A stretch of DNA of 41,216 nucleotides from Chiloscyllium plagiosum. Lineage: Eukaryota. How positions within the stretch are numbered: position 1 is the first letter of the stretch; every line of letters begins with the position of its first letter. The notes below the pieces were generated by a model. The model did not search any database. It was not told the origin of the DNA and saw only the letters and a program-made list of their open reading frames with translations. The translations under genes and the position numbers were made by a program. The stretch is from NCBI RefSeq assembly GCF_004010195.1, contig NC_057750.1:13058175-13099390 (forward strand). Reading direction: 5' to 3'. Below are positions 11,190 through 22,800 of the stretch, in pieces.

Positions 11190-11837
11190 GTCCTTTTTTA
11201 AACCTTTCTCCTTTCACCTTAAACCTACGCCCTCTAGTTTTGGCCCTGGTTACCCTAGGAAAAAAGACCTTGGCTATTGACCCTAACCATGTCCCTGATG
11301 ATTTTATAAACCTCTATAAGCTCACCCCTCAGCCTCTGACGCTCCAGGGAAAACAACCCCAGCCTATTCAGCCTCTCCCTGGCGACATCCTTGTAAATAT
11401 TTTCTGAACCTTTCCAAGTTGAACACCATCCCTCCTACAGCAGGGAGATGAGAATTGAACGTTGTATTCCAAAAGTGGCCTAACCGATGTCCTGTCCAGT
11501 GGCAACATGACCTCGCAACTCCTGTACTCAATGCATTGGCCAATGAAGACAAGCCTTCCAAATGTATTCTTGACGACCCTGTCGACCTGCAACCCCACCT
11601 TCAAGGAGCTATGAACCTGCACTCCAAGGTCTCTTTGTTCGACACCACTCCCTATGACCTTACCATTAAGTGTATAAGTCCTGCCCTGATTTGCCCTTCC
11701 AAAGTGCAGCACCTCGCATTTATCTAGATTAAACTCCATCTGTCAATCCTCTGCCCTTTGGCAAATCTGATCAAGGTCCCATTGAACTCTGAGATAACCT
11801 TCTTCATTGTGCACCGACACCACCAATTTTGGTGTCA
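11190..11837 (-). mobile_element. 5'-truncated CR1/HER1 LINE fragment
   Basis: ORF 11368-11739 MEFNLDKCEVLHFGRANQGRTYTLNGKV..VRPLLEYNVQF. Confidence 0.9.
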
Positions 11838-12309
11838 ACATAGATGAGTTAGGTGCTGTAGATCTCGATGACGAACCAACAACATCTTGCAGTATGTGCG
11901 ATAATATTATGTCATCGTCATGCTCCGGGATATAGTTAAACAAGCCTGAGAACATAGTCAAGCAGTGACCACACACCATTGCCAGAACGTAATCTGGTTG
12001 ACTTCACTTCTGAATTATAAAGTACACCTGGACCATCCATCATCGTCAAAGCAATCCCTCAGAGCCGGCTTTAAGCTCAGGTCATTCAGCAGTACACGTT
12101 CTTGCAGCTCGTTCCCATGATGTCGACGTTGGAAATCGAGAGGCTATTTAAAGACATATCCCTTCATGAACGCTCTACAACAGCTTTGCAAAAATAGTGT
12201 CACCTCCATCCAGAAGTATGGAGATGTTGCTACCTAATCGCCCACAGTTTGGTGATGGTCCATGAGTCCGCCCGCATGATGCATCACTGGTCCTGTCACC
12301 GCGCAGGTA

Positions 12310-12570
12310 ATCTCAGCAATAGGGCCATGGGTTCAAATCCCACCCCTGGCACGGTTTATGGCCTTATTAATGGTGGTCACAAAGTTCTCCCCAGTTGTTA
12401 TAAAGCCTCACCCTGGTCACTAATGCCCTTTTAAAAAAGGAAATCTGTCATCCTTACCTGGTCTGGACATCATGTGATTCCAAACCCATAGCAATGGACT
12501 TAGCTGCCCTCTGAAATGCCCCTAGCAAGCACTTCCATTCATTGGCAATTAGGAATAGGCAACAAAGGGG
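12310..12570 (+). mobile_element. Old SINE of SacSINE1/Deu-domain type
   Basis: GGTTCAAATCC B box; aggaaatctgtcatccttacctggtctgg..catgtga; homologous copies at 36110-36450 and 39700-40103. Confidence 0.65.
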
Positions 12571-12924
12571 AAGCAATGGCCTAGTGGTATTATTACTGGA
12601 CTGTTCGGGTCCTCATTCATAGAATCAAGCAATTTCCCTATGAATGAAGTCAGGCTGACTGGTCTACAACTTCCTGCATTCCCTCTCCTTCTTTCCCTGA
12701 AATTGTGTTGCGTTAGTTATTTTCCATCCTGCCAGGACCCATCCAGAATTGAAGTGATTTTAGAAGGTGATAACCAATCACTCTAACAAGCAATTAATAA
12801 TAACAAGTGGTTCTAGTGCTTAAGACTTATATGCTTAATGGTAAGGTAGTGGGGAATGTTGCTGTACAAAGACACCTTGGAGTTCAGGTTCTTAGCTCCT
12901 TGAAAGTGCAGTCGCAGGTTTCAA

Positions 12925-13140
12925 TTACCTACAGTGAGGAAAAAGGCCCTTCGGCCCAACAAGTCCACACCGACCCTCCAAAGAGTAACCCACCCAGACC
13001 CATTCCCCTACCCTACACTTACCCCTGACTATTGTTCTTAACATTATGGGACAATTTAGCATGGCCAATTCACCTAACCTGCACATCTTTGGGTTGTGGG
13101 AGGAAACCGGAGCAGCCGGAGGAATCCCACGCGGACACGG
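12925..13140 (-). mobile_element. HE1-type SINE within CR1 fragments (12820-12920, 13140-13270)
   Basis: HE1 tail and core; joins CR1 at cacggggcaactttttc. Confidence 0.8.
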
Positions 13141-13269
13141 GGCAACTTTTTCATGCAGAGGGTGGTACGTGTATGGAATGAGCTGCCAGAGGAAGTGGTG
13201 GAGGCTGATACAACTGCAACATTTAAGAGGCATTTGGATGGGTATATGAATAGAAAGGGTTTGGAGGGG

Positions 13270-13532
13270 AGTGGGAGGGGGAGTTGAAATGGTGTGCTAC
13301 AGGTTGGTTGGGTTGGTTCGTCCGGGTGGCCCAGGGGTGCTCTCTGAATCGCTCCGCAAGTAGGCGGCCTGTCTCCCCAATATAGAGGAGGCCACAACGG
13401 CTGCAGCGGATGCAGTAGATGATGTGGGTGGAGGTGCAGGTGAATCTGTGGAAGCCACACAACACCAGGTTATGGTCCAACAGGTTTATCCGGAATCGCA
13501 AGCTTTCAGAGCACTGCTCCTTCATCAGGTGA
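13270..13532 (-). mobile_element. PLE fragment: GIY-YIG endonuclease preceded by a family B hammerhead cassette
   Basis: RFTCTSTHIIYCIRCSRCGLLYIGETGRLLAERFREH..PVAHHFNS; UCAC-CUGAUGA-A-GGAGC-AGU-GCUCU-GAAAGCUU at 13496-13532. Confidence 0.9.
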
Positions 13533-13824
13533 ATGTTTTTAAGGCAAAGCTAGACAGATTTTGGAACAATAAAGGAATGAAGGATTATGGTGAGCAGGCG
13601 GGTCAGTAGAGTAAAGTCCATGGACAGATCAGCCATGATTGTATTGAATGGGAGGGGGAACAGGCTCGATGGGTCAGATGGCCTTTCCTGCTCCTATTCA
13701 TTGTGTTCTTATAAGCTACAGGGAGAGGCCTAATCAGCTGGGGCTTTTATCCCTGGAGTGTCGGGGGCTGAGGGGAGACCTTATAGAGGTATATAAAATC
13801 ATGAGGGGCATGGCTAGCGTGAAT

Positions 13825-14683
13825 TGCATCTCCTCCATTTCCTACGTCTTCATTCTCGAACCCGTGCCCTGCCTCACCCACAACGAGAGAATCCCCCTGA
13901 CCCTCACGTTCCACCCCACTAATCTCCAAATCTAGCGCATTATCCTCCGCCATTTTCACCACCTACAGTCAGACCCCGCCGCCAAAAATATATTCCCCTC
14001 GCCACCCCTCCCTGCGTTCCACAGGGACCATTCCCTCTGCAACTCCTTTGTTCAGTCGACGCTGCACAAACCGTGCCCCCGCCTCCCTGCCCACCAACAT
14101 ATCCTTTCCACTCCCAGCACCTTCCCTTGCCACCGTATAAAACCTCCCCCTCTCAACCGCAACCCTCTGCCCGAGGCCCTAAAGGATCATTCCACATCCA
14201 ACAGAGATTTACTCGTGCATCCTTAAATCGCATTTACTGCATCCCGTTGCTCTCGATGTGTTCTCCTCCACCTGGGAGAGGCCGAGCATGAACTCGCGGA
14301 ATGGCTCAGAGGACACCTCTTGTCCGTACGCACTAACCAAACCCCACCACCCTATAGCCAGCCACTTCAACACCCCCTCCCCACCCACAACCCCGGGCCT
14401 CCTCCAACCTGACCTACCTCTCCATCTTCCTTCCCACCTCTCCGGCCCCGCCCTGTCCTTCCCAGTGACCTATCACAATCGCCATCCCACCTACCTCTCC
14501 CTCCACCTCCACCCCGTCTCCCCCTATTTACTTCTCAGTCCCCCTTTACCCTTCCTGAAGAAGAGCTTATGCCCAAACTGTCGAGTCTCTTGCCCTTCGG
14601 ATGCTGCCTGACCTGCTGAGCTTTTCCAGCGCCAAACGTTTTGACTCTGACTCTCCAGCATCTGCACTCCTCGCTTTCACCTC
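13825..14683 (+). mobile_element. Decayed PLE 3' end: RT-GIY-YIG linker, GIY-YIG, pyrimidine-rich pseudo-LTR ending in family A hammerhead cassette
   Basis: ERIPLTLTFHPTNLQI, KGSFHIQQRFT, IYCI, PIASHFNTPS; ctgaagaagagcttatgccc at ~14555. Confidence 0.85.
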
Positions 14684-14980
14684 TCGGGTGAAGAGCCAAG
14701 GTCTTCTCCCCGGGGTGAGGGGGAGTCCAGAACTAGAGGGCATAGGTTTACGGAGAGAGGGGAAAGATTTAAAAGGGACCCAAGGGGCAGCTTTTTCACC
14801 CAGAGGGTGGTACGTGTATGGAATGAGCTGCCAGAGGAAGTGGTGGAGGCTGGTACAATTACAGCATTTAAAAGGCTTCTGGATGGGTATATGAATAGGA
14901 AGGGATGTGGGCCAAATGCGACTAGATTAATATAGAACATCTCCTCAACATTGACGAGTTGGAACAAAGGGTCTGTTTCC

Positions 14981-15258
14981 AGATTAGATTCCCTACAGTG
15001 TGGAAACAGGCCCTTTGGCCCAACAAGCCCACACTGACCCTCCTAAACGGTAACCCATCCACCGACCCTATATTTACCCCTGACTAATGCACTTAACACA
15101 ATTCACCTGGCCTGCACATCTTTGGAGTGTGGGAGGAAACTGGAGCAGACCCACACAGACACGGGGAGAATGTGCAAACTCCACACAGAGAGTAACCCAA
15201 GGCTGGAATCGAACCTGGGATCCTGGGACAGCTGTGCTAACCATTGAGCCACCGTGCT
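14981..15258 (-). mobile_element. HE1-type SINE following a CR1 3' end (14685-14980, +)
   Basis: agattagattccctacagtgtggaaacagg..ggaatcgaacc..gagccaccgtg. Confidence 0.85.
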
Positions 15259-15919
15259 GACTTTATGTTCTGAGTTTTAGATTAATCCAGGGATGGTGTA
15301 AATGTGTTAAGAGGAGTTTCATTCTAAACCCTCAGGTTTATATTCATACGTCTGGAAACATGTTCCTGCGATTTCCAATCCACCAACTCCCCTGCCATGG
15401 ACCCTGAGTACTCTCCCACACCTCCACTCCCCCCACCTCCCCCCCCAACCCCCACACCCCTTCGCCCCACCCCACGCCCCAGGCACTGACTCGCTTTTCA
15501 AAGCTCCAGCTCACCATTGTCAAGCCCTAATGGAATTTGAACTGGACAAACCGGCTGAACAGCAGATCAGGCAAACGGCATAGGATTGCTAGTGTCTGGC
15601 TTCCAGAGCGATGGGTTCACACGCCAAAGGTCATGGTTTAAAAACGCCAACTTAAGCTGCATACCTTCACAGGTGCAGTCACCTGGTGCAAAGCGAGGAC
15701 TGGAGGGACAGGGGTCAGGGACATTTCCCAGAGATCCAGGACCTTTCTAGTCGACTGCTGACATAAAATAAAATCCCCCGACGTAGCTGTTGAGATGTCC
15801 CGAGGCACGTCGCAGCTGGAGCCTGTGTGCGCGGTCACCGTGACCCAATCAGGAAGCACGGCAGCTGGGTGGGTGCACGGCAAGATCCCGCAGGAAGGAC
15901 TCAATCACGACTAGGCCGA

Positions 15920-16545
15920 AGGCTGCGGCCAGCGCGGCCGACTCTACCTCAGAGAAACCAAACGCAGACTGGGTGTCCGCTTTGCGGAACGCCTCTGGTC
16001 CATGCACACGCAGGACCCTGACCTTCGTGAGCCGGTTATTTTAACCCAGCGTCCCGCTCTCACGTCCACATGTCAGTCCCTGGCCTACTACAAAGCCCCA
16101 GTGAATCCCAGCTCAAACTGGGGGAGCAACGTCTCATCCTCAGGCTCGGCACTTTACAACCTTGTGGATTTAATATTGAGTTCAGCGCCTTCAGACTGTG
16201 AACCCATACCCATTCCTTGTTTTTTTCCCCCAGCTTCACTTGTTGCATTCTCTGTCACCACGTTCTCTCTCCCCTCCCGCCCCTCTCCTGTCTGGTCTTT
16301 CCCTTCTGGCAGCTGGACATACCATCATCTCGCATTCCGAGCACTTAATCTGAAGTATCAACGTCCTTTCCCCATGCACCCCCTCCTCAGCACTCCACCC
16401 ACCCTCCACCAGCACCACCACCCCATCAAAGATGCCCCCCCCTCCACACTTCACGGCAGCTCTAAGGAAGAATCATCTCGACGTTAGCTTGTGGATTTCC
16501 ACAAATGCTGCCTGACCTGCTGTGACCTCCAGCGTTTTTTATCTC
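15920..16545 (+). mobile_element. Decayed PLE GIY-YIG end plus pseudo-LTR (family C terminus)
   Basis: CGQRGRLYLRETKRRLGVRFAERLWSMH; terminus gatgctgcctgacctgctgtga-like with degenerate hammerhead near 16460. Confidence 0.75.
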
Positions 16546-16679
16546 CAGCCTTTTAGAAATGTTGATTTTGTAGGTGGGGGGAAGGAATACAGACAAAGAA
16601 GATTCTGCCAGCAAACAGGTGAGGGAGATAAGGAAAGAATTATTAGAAGCAGGGAGGAGGGGCAAGGTGATGTCACTGG

Positions 16680-16762
16680 GTATTCCTGATGAAGGGCTTA
16701 TGCCCAAAACGTCAGCTCCTCGGATGCTGCCTGACCTGCTGTGCTTTTCCAGCACCACCCTT
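16680..16762 (+). mobile_element. Family A cassette, hammerhead G12 mutated
   Basis: attc-CTGATGA-A-GGGC-TTAT-GCCC-AAAA-CGTC. Confidence 0.8.
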
Positions 16763-17194
16763 TTTAACTATTAACCCGAGGCTAATGATCTGGGTTTAAG
16801 TCCCACAGTGGGAGGTTTGAATCTGGAATAAATGCAGACTTGTGTAATCAATTGTTTGCAAAAATCCATTTCATTCACTAACAGAAAATCTGCCGTCCTT
16901 ACCAGGCCTCGCTGCAATCTGAACCAAATTGTACAATCAGTAGTGCCCTTGCCCTGGCACAGTCCTCTTTAAATCAGCACATTGATAAGGTTACTGAACT
17001 GGTTAACCCAGAGGCTGGGAATACGCTCTGGAGAGATGAGATGAAGCCTCATCAAAAGGTGACTGACCCTGCTATCGCATTGAACGAGTGTGGCATCAAG
17101 GAGCTCTAACAAATGGGAATTTGGGGGAAACAGTCCATTGGAGAGAGTCACACCTGACATGCAGTAAAATGGTTGTGGTTGACATAGCTCAGCG

Positions 17195-17455
17195 TCAAGA
17201 TTAGAGTGCTGTTGGAAAAGCACAGCAGGCCAGGCAGATCCGAGGAGCAGGAGAGTCAACGTTTCGGGCCTAAGCCCTTTGAGAGGGGAGGAGAGCCTCT
17301 TCAGAAGTAGGCATCCTTGGAAGAGGCTTTGCAGTGAGGTTAAAATCAACTCGGAGAAAGTGAGGACTGCAGATCAGAGTCGAGAGTGTGGCGCTGGAAA
17401 AGCACAGCAGGCCAGGCAGCATCCGAGGAGCAGGAGAGTTGATATTTCGGGCAAA
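17195..17455 (-). mobile_element. Two tandem family A arms with a PLE-like spacer
   Basis: ggaaaagcacagcaggccaggcag..gaggagcaggagag repeated at 17214 and 17396. Confidence 0.75.
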
Positions 17456-17589
17456 GTATTCAGTCATCTCAGACGTAAAGGTTCAGTGAAGCAGTTAGCA
17501 AAGTCAGTTCAATGCATGATGGCGTCAAACAGCCTGGAAACAGGCCCTTCGGCCCAACTTGTCCATACCGACCGGGTTTCCTAAACCGC

Positions 17590-18075
17590 ACAGAACTTGG
17601 GACGTCTAGTTACAGCTGTACACATTGCTGCTAAGGCCACATTTGGAGCACTGCAGACAATTCTGGTCTCTCTGCTGTAGGAAGGATGGTATTGAACTGG
17701 AAAGTGTGCAAAAAAGGATTTACGAGGATGTTACTGAGAACAGAGGGCTGGAGTTATAAGAATAGGCTGGGGCTGGTTTCCCTGGAGCGTTGGGAGGTCG
17801 AGGGGTGACTTTAAAGAGGTTTATAATATCATGAGGGACATGGATAGGGTGAATAGTCAAAGTCTTTTTCCCAGGCTAGTGGAGTCTAAACTTGGAGGGC
17901 ATAGGTTTAAGGTGAGAGGGAAAAGATTTAAAAGGGACCTGAGGGGTAACATTTTCACACAGAGGGTGGTGTGTGTATGGAATGAGCTGCCAGAGAAAGT
18001 GGTGGAGGCTGGTATAACCACAACATTTAAAAGGCATAGATAAGAAAGATTTAGAGGGATATGGGCCAAATGCAG
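17590..18075 (+). mobile_element. CR1/HER1 LINE 3' fragment
   Basis: MRDMDRVNSQSLFPR..GHRFKVRGKRFKRDLRGNIFTQRVV. Confidence 0.9.
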
Positions 18076-18106
18076 GGAACCCAGTGCTCTGGTATTAGAA
18101 CCAGTG

Positions 18107-18234
18107 AGGACTGCAGATGCTGGAAATCAGAGACTAGATTAGAGTGGTGCTGGAAAAGCACAGCCGGTCAGGCAACATCTGAGGAGCAAGAAAATCGACG
18201 TTTCGGGCAAAAGCCCTTTATCCGGACTCTAATC
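18107..18234 (-). mobile_element. Family A element with 14-bp TSD
   Basis: TSD TATTAGAACCAGTG at 18093-18106 and 18235-18248; degenerate hammerhead at ~18195-18225. Confidence 0.85.
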
Positions 18235-18489
18235 TATTAGAACCAGTGGCCCAAATCTTGGTCAAAGATCTCAAAGTTAAGGAAGGTGTAAAGGGAGGAA
18301 AGGTGATTGAGAGGTCGTGGCAGAAGTCCTAGACGTTACACAGCACAGACACCAATATCGGAACAAAGGAATTAAGGGATGAGACTGGAGTTAAATATTA
18401 TCAACTGGGCTTTGCTGGTGACAGCAGACAAGGGATGGGCAGAGATGCTTCACATTTTCCTGAATACACTAGCCCTTTCATAGCAGCAG

Positions 18490-18745
18490 ATACACAACTT
18501 TGAACACACGCAGCAACAGATTGAAGAACAGCTTCTTCCCCGCTGTTATTACCCTGCTGAATGGATCTCTCCAACTCCAAATCTAATGTTGACCTTGCTT
18601 CGTGCACCCGCTGTGCAGTCGTTAACCTTGTGTGTGCCTTGCTCTGTCTAAGCCCCCATGGCCTGTATGACCTGCCTGCACTGCTCGCAAAACAAAACTT
18701 TTCACTGTACTTAGGTACACGTGACCGCAATAAACCAAATTAAAT
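18490..18745 (+). mobile_element. Rex1/Babar-like LINE 3' end
   Basis: acagattgaagaacagcttcttccccgctgttat (RLKNSFFPAVI-type C-terminus) and cttttcactgtac..gtgac..caataaa tail. Confidence 0.65.
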
Positions 18746-18957
18746 CTGTGTGTCCCCTCGCCAGGGGAAAGGAACCGTAAATGTGAGGGATAATTAGTAA
18801 CAGAGGGTAACAGCATTCTCCAAGGTGGCATGGGAGGAGGAGCAATCTGGGAACCCCAATCCTGAGTGTGTCCAAGTATCAGTTTCAGACAATGAGAAAG
18901 ATTTAAGGGTCTTTGATGTACTACAACATTAACAGAAAGCTGCGAGTGCTTTACACA

Positions 18958-19342
18958 GGGCAGCACCGTGACTCAGTGGTTAGCACTGCTGCCTCACAAC
19001 GCCGGAACCCAGGTTTGATTCCAGCCTCGGGCAACTGTCTGTGTGGAGTTTGCGCATTCTCCTCGTGTCTGTGCGAGTTTCCTCCGGCTGCTCTGGTTTC
19101 CTCCCACAGTCCAAAAATGTGCAGGTCAGGGTGAATTGGCCATGCTAAATTGCCCATAGTGTGAGGTGCATTAGTCAGGGGGAAATGGGTAGAATGCTCT
19201 TCATTTGGCCCATATCCCTCTAAATCTTTCTTATCAATGTCTTTTAAATGTTGTAATGGTACTAGCCTCCACTACTTCATTCGGTGTGGACTTGTTAGGC
19301 CGAAGGGCCAGTTTCCACACTGTAGGGAATCTAATCTAATCT
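18958..19342 (+). mobile_element. HE1-type SINE with an inverted CR1 tail fragment (~19205-19280)
   Basis: A/B boxes, core, (TCTAA)n tail. Confidence 0.85.
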
Positions 19343-19496
19343 ACACCAGTCAGTATGACCCCTGAGGGCTCTTTAACTCATGCATTGCTTTTTAGTTCAA
19401 GTTCCCTGAGTTTGGGAATGGGAACACAAAGGGGAAGCCTGTTCCTATTGTTTCCCATTCCCATTTTCCCTATGGAATACCTGTCATCCGTTGCAG

Positions 19497-19659
19497 ATTC
19501 CAACAGCCGAGTGCCGGACGTGGTGTTGAGGGTGAAGTGTACGGCCTGTTCCCCGCTGAAGAAAAATCCCAAACTCCAGGCCTTCTGGAGGGAGCAGCAT
19601 CCTGCATTTGTGCAGCGCATTCTCAAGAAAAAATGGTCCCAGGAGGCCTTGCAGGGCAG
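19497..19659 (+). CDS. Candidate internal coding exon of an unidentified gene: (D)SNSRVPDVVLRVKCTACSPLKKNPKLQAFWREQHPAFVQRILKKKWSQEALQG(R)
   Basis: Pyrimidine-rich tract plus ttgcag acceptor; 40 of 53 codons end in G/C; no match to local repeats; donor cag|gtggtg is weak (alternatively reads on to TAA at 19676-19678). Confidence 0.55.
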
Positions 19660-19994
19660 GTGGTGGATTGTGGAATAACAGCTCGGTCTGGCCTTCATGT
19701 GACTCCAGACCCACAGCAACGTGGTTGACTCTTAATTGACTCCATGACACAGAGGGTGGTACACGCATGGAATGAGCTGCCAGCAGAAATGGTTGGGGCG
19801 GGAACATTAACAACATTTAAAAGACATTTAGACTAATACATGGGTAGGAAAGGATTAGAAAGATATGGCAGACGTAGGTACTGCAGATGCTGGAGATTAG
19901 AGTCAAGGTTAGAGTGGAGCTGGAGAAGCACAGCAGATCAGGCAGCATCCAAGGAGCAGGAAAATCGACGTTTCGGGCAAAAGCCCTTCATTCC

Positions 19995-20133
19995 TGATTG
20001 ACAGTCATGTGTCGTCCAATCGTAGGGCTCCAGTTGGTGTTCACTTGGCAGAGATGGCCAAAGGGCGTCTTTGTTGGCCAATGGGGTGGACGTTGGGTGG
20101 AGTTTGGAGCTTTGACCTGTCCAGGATTATGGG
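19995..20133 (+). repeat. Copy 1 of a ~135-bp direct repeat rich in CCAAT and GC/GT boxes
   Basis: Aligns to 20912-21049. Confidence 0.85.
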
Positions 20134-20911
20134 ATTATATTCAGCACAGCCTGTTTGGGCTGAAGGGTCTGTTTCTGTGCTGTACGACCCTATGACTTAG
20201 CAATCCACTCAGCTCAAGGGACTATTAGGGACGGGTAACAAATAGTGGCCTTGCCAGAGACAATGCCCCACATCCCAAGGAAATTTTAATTAAACTGATC
20301 CTTAAGCACCTGTCTCTCCTCAGGAAGATTTTAGCCTTCTCTGAACATGTCCGAAATGCTGTTAAAAATCTGTTTTATCGTGACTCTGGCAGGCCCCATG
20401 GACTGTTCTCCTTTCTTAAAAGTGTGATTATTAATGCTGCTGTTGAGTCAGGGTAACAGGACGGTTACGAATCTCTGCTGCGATTCTGAACTCTTCGGAT
20501 CCTTTCTACAGATTCCCAGGACAGTTTCTGCTCTGTGCAAAGCGGGCCTCATCTTCCACATTCTATGCCGGCCAGTGCCCCATTTCCATGGTAACTCTCT
20601 CCCCCGGCCTTTCACTGGAAACTTTCAACGTGGTTCCAACTCTTTTAAGTACTTTGATTTGTTGGTGCAACTCATGGTGTGTTAGTCTTTGCCAATGAGC
20701 GCCTTCTTTTCAATTCTCCCCAGTTCAATGCACTGACTTTTGTTGGGCCCGCACTCCCATGATTACAAGCGAGTATTGTCATGCCTCCAGCAATGCAGCT
20801 GAACTCTCCAAGAACTAAAGACCCCAACAACCCAGGCATAAAATCATCCAAAATTTTCCCTTGAATACGTCTGCTTATTAATTACAGAACTGTTGGAGCA
20901 CGAGGTGGGGC

Positions 20912-21049
20912 CAACTGACAGTCTTGTGTCATCCAATCGTAGCGCCCCTGTTGGTGTTCACTTGGGAGAGATGGCCAAAGGGCATCGCCATTGGCCAATG
21001 GGCGGTCATGGGGTGGAGGTTGGACTTTTGACCTCTCCAGGATTACGGG
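20912..21049 (+). repeat. Copy 2 of the ~135-bp direct repeat
   Basis: tgacagtcttgtgtcatccaatcgtag..gttggtgttcacttgg..gagatggccaaaggg..ttggccaatggg..tttgacct.tccaggatta. Confidence 0.85.
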
Positions 21050-21198
21050 CAACAGTGGCACCTCACCACTTCCTGAGCCAAGTGTCTACCCTCCGTACAT
21101 GAACCAAACCGGCAAATGTTGGCAGGAGGGGGGGCATCTTGCTCCAGGAAGTAGAATCCTTACAGTGCAGATAGAGGTCATTCGGGCCATCGTGAAGA

Positions 21199-21372
21199 GC
21201 GTGTGGTGCTGGAAAAGCACCGATGGAGCAGGAGAATCGATGTTTCGGGCATAAGCCCTTCATCAGGAATTTCTTGAAACACCGACTCTCCTGCTCCTCG
21301 GATGTTGCCTGACCTGCTGTGCTTTTCCAGCACCACACTCTCAACTCTGACCCCCAGCATCTGCAGGCCTCA
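21199..21372. mobile_element. Family A inverted-repeat element; intact hammerhead core on minus strand (21234-21272)
   Basis: Minus strand reads AUUC-CUGAUGA-A-GGGC-UUAU-GCCC-GAAA-CA-UC^GAUU. Confidence 0.85.
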
Positions 21373-21379
21373 CTTTGAA

Positions 21380-21620
21380 CAGATCAACCTTGCATCCATA
21401 ACCCGACATAAACCACCCAGCTGCACATCCCTGGGCACTATGGGTAATTTAGACCGGCTGGTCCACCTAAGCTGCACATCTTCGGACTGAGGAAGGAAAC
21501 TGGAGCACCTGGACAAAACCCACGCAGACACGGGGAGAATGTGTAAACTCCACACAGACAGTCGCCCGAGGGTGGAATCGAACCTGAGTCCCAGATGCTG
21601 TGAGGCACCACTGAGCCACC
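21380..21620 (-). mobile_element. HE1-type SINE
   Basis: HE1 core, ggaatcgaacc B box, cactgagccacc. Confidence 0.85.
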
Positions 21621-22394
21621 CTTAATATTGCAGCTTTAATAGTCCAAGCCAATCCTGCCTGTTCTTTTCTAACACGGTGATGCAATTCAGAGGTGACATC
21701 TATAGCCCTGTGCCAATTTGTTCAGAATCTCCCAGGGAAAAGAATCCCAGGTCGTTGCCCCAGTTGAAAGCAGAGACTGGGGATTAACAAATCCGAAACA
21801 TTCCACTCTGTGTGGTTGAGTAATGTTGACACTCTCACTCAAAGCCTGGAAGTTTTCCACTTGTGTAGCACCTTTTATGACCTCAGGATCTCCCAAAGTG
21901 CTTTGTATCCATTCAAATATATTTTAAGGTGTACTTATGGCTGTAGGGAGGGTCAAAGGTCAGCCACAGCAAGCCCTCACAAAAAGCAACGAGCCAATGA
22001 CCTTATATTGTGGAGTTGGTCGACAAATGAGCAGAGACATGACAGGCAGGTCTTCCAGTTCCAACATATCATGTGCAGGTCAATAATCGAAACATGAGGA
22101 GGGTTAATCAGGATATCCCAACTCCTCACCCCTTGAGGATCATGGAGTAATTGATGGGCTTGGATGGTGGCCTTTCAATCCATCCAGTACAGACCAGCTC
22201 TCAATCCAGTCAAAACCCCAAACCACTCCAACCTTCCTTGGTTTCCTCAAGTGCCCATCCCAATTTCCTTGGAAAGTGTCCACCATCTACGCTCCTGCCA
22301 CCCTCATTGGCACTATGTTCCCAGGTCATGCCCACTCACTGTGTAAAAATATTCTGCTGTGTTCGTCCCTCATACATGGCTCATTGAAATTGTG

Positions 22395-22800
22395 CCACAG
22401 GTAGATGGGGAGGTTAAGTGTTTAACTCACTTGCCTTCATTGCTCAGACCTTTGAGTATAGGAGTTGGGACGCCATTGTTAAGGTTGTACAGGAGGTTGG
22501 TGAGGTCTCTTCGGGAATACTGTGTCCAGTTCTGACCACCCTGTTATAGGAAGGATATTATTCAGCTGGAGAGGGTTCAGAAGAGATTTACCAGGATGTT
22601 GCCAGGATTGGAGGGTTTGAGTTATAAGGAGAGGCTGGATAGGCTGGGACTTTCTTAACTAAAGCGTTGGTGTTGAGAGATGACCTCATACAATCATGAG
22701 GGGTATAGGTAAGGTGTCTTTTCCCCAGCTTAAGGGAGTTCAAAACTAGAGGGCATAGGTTTATGGTGAAAGGAGAAAGATTTAGAAGGGACCTGAGGGG
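22395..22800 (+). mobile_element. CR1/HER1 LINE fragment
   Basis: ggagagggttcagaagagatttaccaggatgttgccagg..agaagggacctgagggg. Confidence 0.85.

Noticed and set aside
16960..17190. Protein-like open stretch (NQHIDKVTELVNPEAGNTLWRDEMK...)
   Set aside because: Downstream sequence (atgggaatttgggggaaa..gagtcacacct..atggttgtggttg) looks like a highly decayed CR1 RT region
19378..19816. Minus-strand ORFs overlapping the 19.5-kb exon candidate
   Set aside because: Best explained as the antisense shadow of a GC3-rich plus frame; their 5' parts run into SINE/LINE sequence
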